From the NCBI GenBank assembly GCA_036785375.1, contig JAWMAR010000245.1, positions 1,488,001 through 1,552,000 on the forward strand: a stretch of DNA of 64,000 nucleotides, in the 5' to 3' direction. The stretch's first letter is position 1; every line of letters begins with the position of its first letter. Below the pieces are notes generated by a model that searched no databases, was not told the origin of the DNA, and saw only the letters and a list, made by a program, of their open reading frames with translations. A program made the position numbers and the translations under genes. Of this stretch, positions 1-11,793 are shown piece by piece. Source of the stretch: Leucoraja ocellata (lineage: Eukaryota).

Positions 1-1670
1 AGGTTGTCGCCAGGATGAAGTCGTTTGTCTCTGTTTTATCGGCGACCTGCTACGACTGTGACAGTCGCCGGCAGTTGACTGTCACAGCAAGGAGTCAAGA
101 CAATAGACAATAGGTGCAGGAGTAGGCCATTCGGCCCTCCATAGATGCTGCCTCACCCGCTGAGTTTCTCCAGCATTTTTATCTACCTTTGATTTTTTCA
201 GCATCTGCAGTTCCTTCTTAAACATTTTGTCTACTCCACATGTTGATGGATCTTTTCTGCACTCTTGCAACTTAATGGCATCCTTCCTACAGCTGGGCAA
301 CCTGAAATGCGCACAGTCCTCCAAGTATGGTCTCACCCATAAATGGAACAGGGCAGCATGATGTCCCAGCTTTTTTACTCTATATCTTTCCCAATGAAGG
401 CAAGTGTTCCAAATGCACTGCAGTCCACCTGTCTCGTTACCTTCATGGAATCATGCGCTTGTACTTCCAGATCTCTCTGTTCTGCAGCACTCTCCAGCGT
501 CTGAAGAAGGGTCTCGACCCGAAACCTCACCCATTCCTTTTATCCAGAGATGCCGCTGCCTGTCCCACTCCAGCATGTTGTGTCTATCTTTGGTGTAAAC
601 CAGCATCTACAGTTCCTTCCCACACTTTTCCAGAGCTCTACCATTTATCAATCAATCAATATCAGTTCTATTCGTCACTTGCACATCAACTTTGTAAGTT
701 TGGCCGTGGTTTGACAAAACCAACCCTTGTGATATTAGAGGCGGAGAGCCACTACTAAGCCAGAGCCTCACCTGTAGTTAAAGCAAATTGGTTAAAAGTA
801 ATAACCCCATCAGCAAGCTTTAGAAATGAATGTTTAATACATGTTAAATCTGAGGAGGAGAAACAGCATGCAAGGGGAAAACCAACGTAGAATTATAAAT
901 CTGACATGGTATAATACACGGGATTGCATGGAAATGATGCAAGACTCTTAAAGATAGTGGAGTCAGGGGATATGGGGAAAAGGCAGGAACGGGGTACTGA
1001 TTGGGGGTGATCAGCAATGATCAGATTGAATGGCGGTACTGGCTCGAAGGGCCGAATGGCCTACTCCTGCACTTATTGTCTATTATATTTCTCATTTCTG
1101 CATGTTCTCCTTAAAAAGCGGTTGTGCACTCATCTTGAAGAAAGCACAATTGCCTTTTAAGGAACACACTCTGAGATGGGAAATATCACGACTTCCACAC
1201 AATTGATGTCTATTTCAGCTTTATAATTCATCTTTGGAGTTCCCACCCATGTCATTTCTCAACACTGAGTTAATCTCTCCAGCTGACAAGAACAGGTCTG
1301 TGCTTGAGGAACTTGCATGGAGAGAGAGCCTTCACAGCAATACCCATGTCTAACAGATGGCCCAAGATCATTTCACAGCGAGTTGCTGATTCGAGTGAAT
1401 TTTGTGTCTCATGCATACTCATATGATAGCAGGGCATGTCCTTGAGATGTATCTTGCCACGTTTATCTTCCAAGCTGACTACTTCCTGACAGGAAGGGAA
1501 ATATTAGAAGCGAAGATCGTGCTATCAGTTCGGATTTCTGCAATTCTCAATGTCATGTCAGTAAAAAGAAAAACAGATAATAAGTAGTTAAACAATAAAA
1601 TAAGTGAAAAGCTCTTGGGTGAATGTAAATAAACCAAACCAAAAAGCCTTAAAAATGTCAATAAACTAAA

Positions 1671-1998
1671 AGCCCTGTCCCACTGTACGAGTTCATTCCA
1701 AGAGCTCTCCCGAGTTTAAAAAAAATCAAACTCGTGGTAAGCACGGAGAATGAACGTAGCGGGTACGTCGGAGCTCGGGGACGTCTCCTAGCAGCTCGTA
1801 CCGCTAACGGCAGGTACTCGGGAAGACTCGTTAACGGCAGGTAAGCACGGGAAGACTTGTGAAGATTTTTCAACATGATGAAAAATGTCCACGAGAGCCC
1901 TGAGTACCGACGAGTGGCCATTAACGTAAATCTCCGAGTTCGAATCAGGGCAAACTCGGGAGAGCTCTTGGAATGAACTCGTACCGTGGGACAGGGCT
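1671..1998. mobile_element. MITE with about 47-bp terminal inverted repeats (PIF/Harbinger-like)
   Basis: AGCCCTGTCCCACTGTACGAGTTCATTCCAAGAGCTCTCCCGAGTTT ... AAACTCGGGAGAGCTCTTGGAATGAACTCGTACCGTGGGACAGGGCT; TA-rich flanks; CpGs retained. Confidence 0.85.
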
Positions 1999-2357
1999 AT
2001 TAAGCAAATGAATTCTGCACTAGGAAATCATTGTTCCTAGCGATGATTGCACAGACATTGATCTTATGTTTTTGCTAAAACAACGTCAAATTGTAAGGAA
2101 ATAGATCCCTATTTAACTTTCATGAACTTTGTAAGTTAAGTGGACTTTTCTCAATACAGCTACCTTCTATGGCACCATTGTCTTGTTTGAAACAGTTGCA
2201 AAGTGTGTCCCATGCACAATCGCAGAGCTCAGACATTAAATAGGATAACATTAGAAAAACATGAGATGATTTTATCTTCTAGCTGGAGGAAAAGAAGAAT
2301 GAAAGGTATAAGCTTGTGCTTTACACTGAACTTGGTCTTCTGACTTTGGAAAGTTAC

Positions 2358-2506
2358 CTGTTGGATGTTCCCGATGGATTTCGTTTTGGTGCTTTGTCTT
2401 GATCCAACTTCCAGGTGCAGAGTAGAACCGCATATGCACAGCCTGGCTGTGAGACCATCAGCTCAGGGGACCCTTCAGACCCTGGATTCACTGTGAGGCT
2501 GTCGAC
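2358..2506 (-). CDS. ITFG2: ITFG2 coding exon 6
   Basis: GACAG acceptor; [32 protein letters not shown]...; donor GTAACT. Confidence 0.92.
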
Positions 2507-5500
2507 CTGTCACAACAGAGGCAAAATATTCAGGCAGCATACTGTAAAGCAACCACGTGCGAGCAGTATTTTCTTCACTGCCTTCTGGCTGGGGAAAGTA
2601 AATCATGAGGTGGTTTCACAACAAGGCGAGTCAGTGAGCCACAACACCTCAGATGCATGCATTTTTATTTCATGTTCCCCCTTTACTTTATTACTCTGCT
2701 CCACCCTGTATCCAGAACTTCTCTTGTCTCTTCTGTATTATTCTTCCCTTCCTCCCATTTAATTGGTGACAAGGTTTTCAATTGCCCAGGTGTCACACTT
2801 TGCGATTCCTCACCTGGATCCACTCCCTGAGTCTTTGGCCCACCTGTGTGCAAATGCTGTCTTACCTCTAACAACAGTGGCACAGCGGCTAGAGCTGCTG
2901 CCTCACAGCGCCAGAGACCTGGGTTAGACCCTGACCCCAGGACCTTGAGTTTACACCATCTCGCTGACCAGGTGGGTTTCCTCCAGGGGTTCTGGTTTCT
3001 TCCCACATCCCAAAGGAATGTGGATTTGTAGGTCAATTGGCCCTCTGTAAATTACCCCTAGTGTGTGGAGGAGGGATAACATGGATCTAGTATGAATGTG
3101 CGACCTATGGTCAGCGTGGACTCGGTGGCTGAAGGGCCTATTTCCATGCTAAATCTCTAAACTAAACTAAGCACATTGGCTATATAGTATTAAGATGACA
3201 TAGGTTTGAAAATTTTATTGCATCGTTGCATCATCTTCCTTAAAACTAAACTATTTAATCAAACTTTAGATCTCAGCTCTGAATACTTGATTGAGCATGT
3301 TTTTCTAAATTCTTCTTCTAACAAGAACCTTGGAATATTCTCGTGTACCTTATGATAGCAGGTTACGAATCCATACCTGTCCTTCCAAAAGCCATTTTTT
3401 CAGCAGTACCAGCTGTCCAGAACAATCAACTGAAGAGTCTTCCCATCGGAATGCTCTGACGACGCGGTCAGTGTAACCCACCACCATTTCACATTTTCCA
3501 TCTCCGTCTGCATCAAGAAACAAGTTATTTAATTATGTAGGAACAAGGAACTGCGGACGCTGATTTACACAAAAGGGCACATTTGCTCAGCGGGTCAGGC
3601 AGCATCTGTGGAGAACATGGATAGGTGACGTTTCACAGAGTGCTGGAGTAACTCAGCGGATCAGGCAGCATCTGTGGAGAACATGGATAGGTGACGTTTC
3701 ACAGAGTGCTGGAGTAACTCAACGGGTCAGGCAGCATCTCTGGAGAAAACGGATAGGTGGCGTTTCACCCTTAGTTGTGAGAAACCTTTCTGCTTACTTA
3801 TTTATGTACTTTGTCTTCTTTTGCTTCCAAAGGGTTTGCCCCAGTTAAACCAGCTCATGAAACAAAGAGTAGCTGGTGTATCTTTGTCTTGTACATATTG
3901 CTTGATAATAGATGGAACAAAAGAGTATGATCTTCCCTCATTGAGGCAGAATACCTGGTCCTAGATGCTAGGGGACACCCCCCCCCCCCCCCCCCCCCCC
4001 CAGATGTAGGGAAAGTTTCCCCCCCCACCCCCCACATTTGCTGGACCCTCCTCCCACCGGTTGCTGTGGCGCCAGTATAAAGGGGTGAGAGGAAGGGGTG
4101 AGACAGGGACTGGGACGTGATGGCGGAAACAAATGAGCTGAGGGAGGATGGGCAGATGGAGACAAGCGGGAAGAGGTTGATGGGGTCTAGAGACAAAGGC
4201 TGGGTAGATGTTTCCATGCTGTACCTTTCCATCAATACTCCACTAATTTTTTAAGACTATGAGACTTTTAGATATATTGCTAGAATTACTGTGTTACTCA
4301 CCGTTCCTTGTAATGAATCATTTTACAACAAATCTAAACCCTTTCACCTTCTTGACTTGAGTTGATCTCAACAGTAGTTTCCTTCAACTCACCGATGTCA
4401 CTAATGAGCATCACCTTGGTGTTAGCAGGGATGTGCTGCATGTATAACGCTTTCTGTTCATCACTAAACAAGCAGTCGTGGTGACCCGAGATGTCTGACT
4501 TGGTTGAGACGCTGCTGAGATCAAAGATATGGAACCAACCCTCAGCTCCCACAGCTACAACAAAGTTCTGGAAGAAGGGACAAACATATAATCTTATTAA
4601 AGGTTCTATGCTTAATCATCCTGTTATCTGTGAAGTACATCAATGAACTGGACACAAACTTAGATGGGTTGGTTAATAGTTTGCAGACAATAACAAAAAT
4701 AGGTGGAATTGCAGACAGTGAAATTTTGTGATTTGATTGTTACTACTGTTGATTCATCTCCTGAATTTTACAAAAATGCTAATTTCGGTAGAAAGATCAG
4801 CACTTGATCTTGAGTAGTGCAGAGTAATACAGTCTTTATTTTTTTTAAATTTACTCCCCTTCTGTTGAAAATACATCAATTTTAATTATTAATTGCCTTT
4901 CCACAGATGCTGCCTAACGTATTGTCAAAGGAGCGTACAGCACAAAGCAGGCTCTTCGGCCCAATTCATCCGTGCCGACCAGATTTTATAATTCAACAAG
5001 TCTCATTGCCTGCCTGTGGCCCATATCCCTCAACACCTTCCCTATCAATGTACCTGTCTAAATGTTTTCAAGAGAGAAGATTTAGCTCTTATGGCTAACG
5101 GAATCAAGGGATATGGGGAAAAAGCAGGAACGGGGTACTGATTTTGGATGATCAGCCATGATCAACTTGAATGGCGGTGCTGCCTCGAAGGGTGAATGGC
5201 CTCCTCCTGTACCTATTTTCTATGTTTCTAATGTCTTTCAAACATCGCCATTGTACACACCTCTACACCTTCCTCTGGCAGTTTGTTCCATATAAACATT
5301 ACCCCCAGTGTGAAAAACATGCTCCTCAATCTCTTAATTCTTTCCCCTCTGATCTTAAACCGATGGCCTCTAGTTCTGGACTCCTTTGCCCAGTAAAAAA
5401 GGCTACGACCATTCATCTTACCTATGCATCTCAGGATGTGGTACAGTATATCTCTACAACTTCACTCCTTAAGGGCCTGTCCCACTTAAACAATTTTTTC

Positions 5501-8500
5501 AGCGACTGCCGACACCCGTCATAGTCGCAGCAGGAGGTCGAACATTTTCAACATGTTGAAATTTTTCGGCCATCTGCTGCGTCTATGACGGCTGCCGGCA
5601 GTCGCCGAAAAAAATCGAGTAAGTGGCATAGGCCTTTAAGTTTCCCACGTTCCAGAGCACAAACGTCCCGGCTTATCTTGCCTATTCCTATAAGCCAAGC
5701 CCTCGAGTCCTGCTAACATCATGGTGAATATTTTCAGCAACTTTTCCAGGTTAATGAAATTTCTCCTCAACCAGAACTGCACCCAATACTCCAAATGTGG
5801 TCTCGCCAATCCTGTTTACATCTGTAGCATGATGCCCCAACCCCCTGTACTCAACATCCTTACTGACAAAGGCAACTGTGCCACACATCTTCACCATCGT
5901 CTCCCTGTGTTAACATGCTCAAGGGCCTGTGCATCTGCACCCCAAAGTCTCTCTGCCCTGCCACACTCTCCACTCTCCTACCATTTGCTGTGCAAGCCCG
6001 GCCCTGATTTGACTTACAAAAATACATTCCTCTACATTTATCAGTGTTAAATTCCATCTGCCATTCCTTGGCCCACTTCCCCAGTTAATCCAGATCTGTT
6101 CGTAAACATAGATAGCCTACTTTACTGCCCACAATAACACCATTTTTCATGCTAAAGGCACTTTTACTATCCACATTAACTACATTGTCATCCATATCAT
6201 TAAAATGGATGACAAACAGCAGTCGAGCCAGCACAGATTCCTGCAGGATACCACCACAACCAAGGCTCCACTATTACCCTCTAACTCATTCCACCAAGCT
6301 AAGCCTGAATCCAATTGTCTAGAGCACTCTAAATCCCATGTGATCTAACCTTCCTGACTAGTCTTCCATGCCGGTCCAAATATCATGTCCACTGCCCTGC
6401 CTTCGTCGATTTTTAAAAAAATCATGGTTTACCCAATTTTGTTAAAGAAAATAATTCCCCAGCTAACTTCATCTCTGAAATCATCACGGACCTGAAAATT
6501 ACATATTTCTCAAATAAATTAACATTCAATTCAAGGCATGTGACATACCTTCCCTTTGTTGCAGATGTCTCCTACACCTACGCAAGTCACCTGGTAACAA
6601 AGAAAAGGTTAACAAGGTAGATGAAGCCCACACTTCTCCACTAACATTCATTCACAATTAGATCTCTTTAGCATATATACATTTTATTATATCCAATCTA
6701 CCACATGTAGAATGTTTGAAATGACAGCTCTAAATCTGACTGCGTTGACAACATTTTCACCTTTCTTGAACAACTCTTTAAAGATGCATATCCAATCTGA
6801 ACAATTCTAAAGACAACCAAGAACAAATTGATACAATTCTTTTTTAATTGCCATTTGTGTGCCAACAACTTTGCGTATTTAAAATTGCACATTCAATATG
6901 AAAGTTTTGTTGTTCGAGCATAAAGCCCAAAAAAGTGTTAACTTTAAATCTAAAATATTAAAGATGTAACATATTTTGTAGATTAAATAATTGCAGCCAG
7001 AACTCTGGTTAAAATAAACTTGATCTTTATTAAAAAGAAAGTAATTCTACCAGAGCTCTATTTGTACTTGAAACACTTCAACATAATAATAAATACATTC
7101 TACGTCTTTTATTTCAGTTTCGTGGAAGAGAAAAACTACGCAGCAGGAAATAAATTGCCACTCACGGACAAATCACTGGACACTGTGTTAACCACACAAA
7201 AAACTGGTCAGTAAGGGGGTCAGGGGTTATGGGGCGAAGGCAGGAGAATGGGGTTGAGAGGGAAAGATGGAAAGCCACAAATGTATGGCAGAGTATACAT
7301 GCAAATGGACTAATTCTGCTCCTATAACCTTTGAACTTATGAACCAATTCTTTGTGTGAATGAGTACAGCAAAAAAGCTCCCAATTAAGTAGCTTGGAAA
7401 ATCGATTATGGAAAGATAGTTCAAAGATCTGATAACTGTGTGGAAGAAATTGCTCCTGAGTCTCGTGGTTTGTTGCTATCATGTTTTTGGATCTTCTGGC
7501 CCACGGGAGTGTGGAGAAGATGGATTGACCATCATTATATTGGCTGGGTTCGATGGAGTCACGAATGGGAAGTCTGGTTTGTGCGATGAACTGGGCTACA
7601 TCCACAAGTCTCTGCAATTTTTGGTGGCCTTCTCTCACCCTCTTAGGTAATGTATTCCAAATAAATCTAAATTTCCCAAGGGTCTCTTGTCAATTAATCC
7701 AATATGTCACCTGCCTACCCACCCTCTCAATGGAAACAATTCTCATCCCATCGCCTCCAATCAACCCCATCAAAATCCAAATTATTTTAAGCCCTTTATT
7801 TAATCTCCCCATACTCACCCTCCGTCTCATGAAGAACAATTTCAAATTCTCTAGTGTCTCAATTCCTTCATTCTGATTACTATCCTAGCAAATCTCTTCT
7901 GTTAATTTAATAGGGTGGTGAGAATGTGGACAGTGCTAGAAAGAAGAACATTAATTGGATTGGCCCATCTTTCCCATTTCAAAGTTTTAGCACATTTGTT
8001 TTAGCACATCGATGATAACAAAGGGAAGAAATGGTGAAAACGAGTCAGCATGTTTCAGTAAGAAAGGGAAAAAGTGAAAAAAAATCTGTTCATACCATCC
8101 CAATGCAAGACCGTGTGATCCATGGCTTGCAGTCATCGTTTTTGTATACATATAGTTTCCCATTGGTATCCCCAACCACCAGTTCATTCAACTGTAACAG
8201 AATCAAAAGGAAAGCAGAAGGAATCAACACAAGCTTTGATGGAAATGGATACTACTCAAAGGCTATAACTTGAGTTTTAAATCTGTGTTTAGAGAAGTTA
8301 ATCAGTAATGACAGACACAAAACACTGGAGTAACTCAGATGGTCAGTCAGCATCTCTGGACAGAAGGAATGGGTGACGTTTTGGGTCGAGACCCTTCTTC
8401 AATGATGCAGTGAGTTGTCTGTTCACAATTTTAATATATACATTTTTTATATTTGGCCTCTGTATTAGCTGTGGCTCTTAATTCAAAAAACTTCTGCAAA

Positions 8501-9873
8501 GAGATGGGCTTTGGCATGTCATTGGTATAGTTCCTCAATATACAAGGGTTTCCGCCTTTCGGTGGTACAGGCTGTAAAAAGGTTTGCCAGACTGCCATTG
8601 GCATTACTTGTTCAGAGAGGATCTGGTCTGGCCACGGTCGAGTTCCTGTAAATATTGAGGGATTCTGACCAAACACTGGAGCCCTTTCCTGCAGGACCAG
8701 TATCATCTGGTCTTGGACAGACACTGGCATATTTCCTACAAACATTAATGTATCTTGCCTGACGCTGGTGATGTTCACAGGGCTGGACTAACACAGCTAC
8801 ATATCCAGTAAACAGTGGTATTCTGGGTTGATAATGTTTTAGCTCCTGTCAATGTTGAAGGAGAATAACTGGGCACTGTTAGTATGATGCTGCTGCACCC
8901 ACTGAGTTTCTCCAGCACTTTTGTCTACCACTGTTAGTATACCCATATCACTAAGAATTGGCATTGTCTCTGTAAATGTAACTGCTCCTTTTTGACATTG
9001 GTTTACTTCCTGGAAATATTGAGGCATTATATTCTGCCATTAACACTCTTCCTGTGAACGTTATGGACTGTTCTGACTTTCACACTGTTTTCTTACATAT
9101 TAAGGACAACAATTTGATTTTTCCGTGATTGTTAGAGGGGCATCTCCAACGTTGATCTTGTTCCTGCAAAGATCAGGAAGTTTCAGTGTGTAAGAAATAA
9201 CTGCAAGATGCTGGTTGAAATCGAAGATAGACATAAGAGGCCGAAGTAACACAAAAAGGCTGGTGATTCAGGCCTGTTGCTGGTACATTTTCTGTGACCA
9301 TTAAAGGGGATTAGCCTCATACAGGTAGGTAGGTATCTTAATAGGCACAGATCATTTAAACATTACTGGACTGGTCCCTGTGCTAATGTGGTGCTGGGTG
9401 GTTATCCCAGGGTATAAGCAGGATCCCAAACCATTTAAACACACAAAGTACTGCAGAGGCCGGTTTGCAGGACAAAAAACACCAAAGATCTACTCTATAA
9501 TCTTTGAAAAACACTGACTAAGTGCTGGAATAACTCAGAGGATTCAGTCTGAAGCAGGGCGTCTCCTGTCCACAGACGCTGCCCGACCCGCTGAGCCTAC
9601 TCTCCAACACTGTGTGTGTAGGAAGGAACAGCAGATGCTGGTTTATACCGAAGACAGGCACAAAATACTGGAGTAACAGAGCGGGACAGGCAGTATCTCT
9701 GGTGAGAAGGCATAGGTGACGTTCCGGGTCAGGGGAAGCGGTGTGGTTTTTTTTTTGTTTGAACGCAGATGACTCACCCCGTCGTTGTCGGCGTCTCCCA
9801 GGCAGATGGCCTGTGTGAAGAGGTTGCCGGTGAAGTCCAGCGCCGCTCTCTCCACATAGCTAACGGAGCGCAT
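2358..9873 (-). CDS. ITFG2: ITFG2 (KICSTOR subunit, integrin alpha FG-GAP repeat containing 2), coding exons 1-6; continues beyond window start
   Basis: Exons on - strand: 9873-9778, 8191-8096, 6590-6549, 4567-4393, 3507-3377, 2506-2358. All have AG/GT boundaries with consistent phases (0,0,0,1,0,2). The translation [49 protein letters not shown]... matches the vertebrate ITFG2 N-terminus as recalled. Confidence 0.95.
2873..3170 (+). mobile_element. V-SINE (HE1-like)
   Basis: Same head, V-domain and (TAAAC)n tail. Confidence 0.8.
3377..3507 (-). CDS. ITFG2: ITFG2 coding exon 5
   Basis: TGCAG acceptor; [24 protein letters not shown]...KKWLLEGQ; donor GTATGG. Confidence 0.95.
3586..3767. repeat. 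About three copies of the same 66-bp unit
   Basis: Same GTTTC|ACAGAGTGCTGG junction as at 26521-27109. Confidence 0.9.
4393..4567 (-). CDS. ITFG2: ITFG2 coding exon 4
   Basis: TTCCAG acceptor; [16 protein letters not shown]...[15 protein letters not shown]; donor GTGAGT. Confidence 0.95.
5473..5635. mobile_element. Short MITE, same TIR family
   Basis: TTAA|GGGCCTGTCCCACTT ... AAGTGGCATAGGCCT|TTAA. Confidence 0.8.
5640..6410 (-). mobile_element. Older CR1 LINE fragment
   Basis: Degenerate [10 protein letters not shown] and RPHLEY..QFW motifs. Confidence 0.7.
6549..6590 (-). CDS. ITFG2: ITFG2 coding exon 3
   Basis: ACCAG acceptor; [14 protein letters not shown]; donor GTATGT. Confidence 0.93.
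8096..8191 (-). CDS. ITFG2: ITFG2 coding exon 2
   Basis: TTACAG acceptor; [32 protein letters not shown]; donor GTATGA. Confidence 0.95.
9778..9873 (-). CDS. ITFG2: ITFG2 coding exon 1
   Basis: ATG at 9873; [32 protein letters not shown]; donor GTGAGT. Confidence 0.95.
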
Positions 9874-9958
9874 CACAGCGGCAGATGGGTGGGTGGTCGG
9901 CGCCGCCGGGCCCGAGGCCTACCTGAACCCGCCCGCAGCCGCCGCCATGACAGCGGCC

Positions 9959-9972
9959 GTCGCCATGGCAAC
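9959..9972. promoter_or_regulatory. RFX X-box in the ITFG2 CpG-island promoter
   Basis: GTCGCCATGGCAAC matches the palindromic X-box GTTGCCATGGCAAC at 13/14 positions, about 90 nt upstream of the ITFG2 ATG, within a CpG-rich island (about 9770-10040). Confidence 0.65.
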
Positions 9973-10170
9973 GGGCCTGCTTCACCACGCCGCGTCCATA
10001 GCCCTGGACTCACAGCAGGCGCCTGCCTGCCTGCCTGCAGCAACTGTAAAGGGGTCAGGATGGTCTCCAGCACCAAAAGCAGTTCCAACTCACTCACTTA
10101 CTTTTATCGCCTTGCGTAATTTTGTACAGAATATTTGGAATTCTCTACCCAGGTTTAGGTTTTTTATTAT

Positions 10171-10620
10171 TGTGTAGGAAGGAACTGCAGATGCTGGTTT
10201 ACACCGAAGGGTAGACACAAAGTGCTGGAGTAATTCAGTAAGACAGGCAGCATCTCTGGAGAGAAATAATGGGTGACATATCAGGTCGGGACCCTTCTTC
10301 CATTCCTTGGACAGCATCTATTTTGATGTGTAGGAAGAAACTGCAGATGCTGGTTTACACCGAAGGGTAGACACAAAGTGCTGGAGTAACTCAGTAAGAC
10401 AGGCAGCATCTCTGGAGAGAAATAATAGGTGACATTTCAGGTCGGGACCCTTCTTCCATTCCTTGGACAGCATCTCTTTTGATGTGTAGGAAAGAACTGC
10501 AGATGCTGGTTTACACCGAAGATAGACACAGAAAGCTGGAGTAACTCACTCAGCGGGACAGGCTGCATCTCTGGAGAGAACGAATGGTTGACGTTATGGG
10601 TCGAGACCCTTCTTCAGACT
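10171..10620. repeat. Three-copy 156-bp tandem duplication of the Penelope terminus
   Basis: Units start TGTGTAGGAA at 10171, 10327 and 10483. Confidence 0.85.
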
Positions 10621-11188
10621 GGTTAAGGATAAGGGAAACCAGAGATATAGAGGATGATGTAGAGAGATAAAGAACAATTAATGAAGTCTCTTTTTCACAC
10701 CTTACCCTTATCTCTAGTCTTCCTCTCCCCTGACTCTCAGTCTGAAGAAGAGTCTCGACCTGAAACGCCACCTATTCCTTTTTTCCAGAGATGCTGCCTA
10801 TCCCGCTGAGTTCCTCCTGCTCTTTGTGCCTATCTTAGGTTTATTATTGTCACGTGTGCCGAGGTACAGTGAAATGCTGTAGGTAAACACAAAATTGCTG
10901 CAGTAACTCAGCAGAAAGCTAGGGTTACTTGAAGTTAGAGAAAACAATATTCATACTGCTGGGTTGTAAGCTTCCCAAGTGAAATATAAGTTGATGTTCC
11001 TCCACTTTGCATGTGGCCTCACTCTGACAGTGGATGAGGCTCAGGACAGAAAGATCGGTGTGGGAAAGGGAGGGAGGTCATTCTGGTTTCCAGCAGCAAA
11101 AGCAGTTCCAACTTATTAAAGCTCACTTATTTTATCATTTGTGTAATTTTGGAGAGAATCTTTGGAATTCTCTACCGAGGTTTAGGTT

Positions 11189-11793
11189 CCGTAGAGACCG
11201 TTCCCTTTTCAACTCCCTGGTTAACCCGTCCCTTCCACCCAAACCAGCTCCGCCTCAGGTACTTTTCCCTGCAACCGCAGGAGATGCAACACCTGTCCCT
11301 ATACCTCCTCCCTTCCCTCCGTCCAGGGACCTCACAGTCCTTTCAGGTGAGGCAGAGGTTCACTTGCACCTCATCTATTGTATCTGCTGTTCCAGGTGTG
11401 GACTCCTATACATTGGCAAGACCAAGCGCAGGCTCGGTAATCGTTTTGCTGTACACCTTCGTTCAGTCTGCCTAGACCTACTTAATCTTCCGGTTGCTAA
11501 ACACTTTAATTCCCCTTACCATTCCAAACTTTTTTGTCCTGGGCCTCCTCCACTGTCAGAATGAGGCCAAACACAAATTGGAGGAACAGCAGCTCATATT
11601 TTGCTTGGGCAGCGGTATGAAAATTGATTTCTCTAACTTCAAGTGCTTTCAAGACAAACCCTTGCTTTCCCTCTCTCTCTCTGTCCCTCCCCCATCCTAG
11701 TTCTCTGACTAGTTTCACTGTCCTCCTGATTAAATATCACTGATTGTATGCCTCTTTGTCAACTTCCCCTCAGCTAACAATGAACAATTCTAC
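11189..11793 (+). mobile_element. Penelope-like retroelement fragment (GIY-YIG endonuclease and 3' UTR)
   Basis: LIYCICCSRCGLLYIGKTKRRLGNRFAVHLRSV...PVAKHFN is the PLE GIY-YIG signature; frameshifted; followed by the typical C-terminus (LEEQQLIFCLG..GMKIDFSNF). Confidence 0.85.

Noticed and set aside
1-2357. ITFG2 exon 7 or NRIP2 exons
   Set aside because: No matching translation with splice sites was found; they are presumably outside the window.
8431-8778. 115-aa ORF in ITFG2 intron 1 as a nested gene
   Set aside because: It has a non-ATG start, no recognisable domain, stops in all upstream frames and a nearby TE insertion. A decayed exon cannot be excluded.
11034-11700. Intact autonomous Penelope element or domesticated nuclease
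   Set aside because: It is frameshifted, 5'-truncated and has no RT domain.
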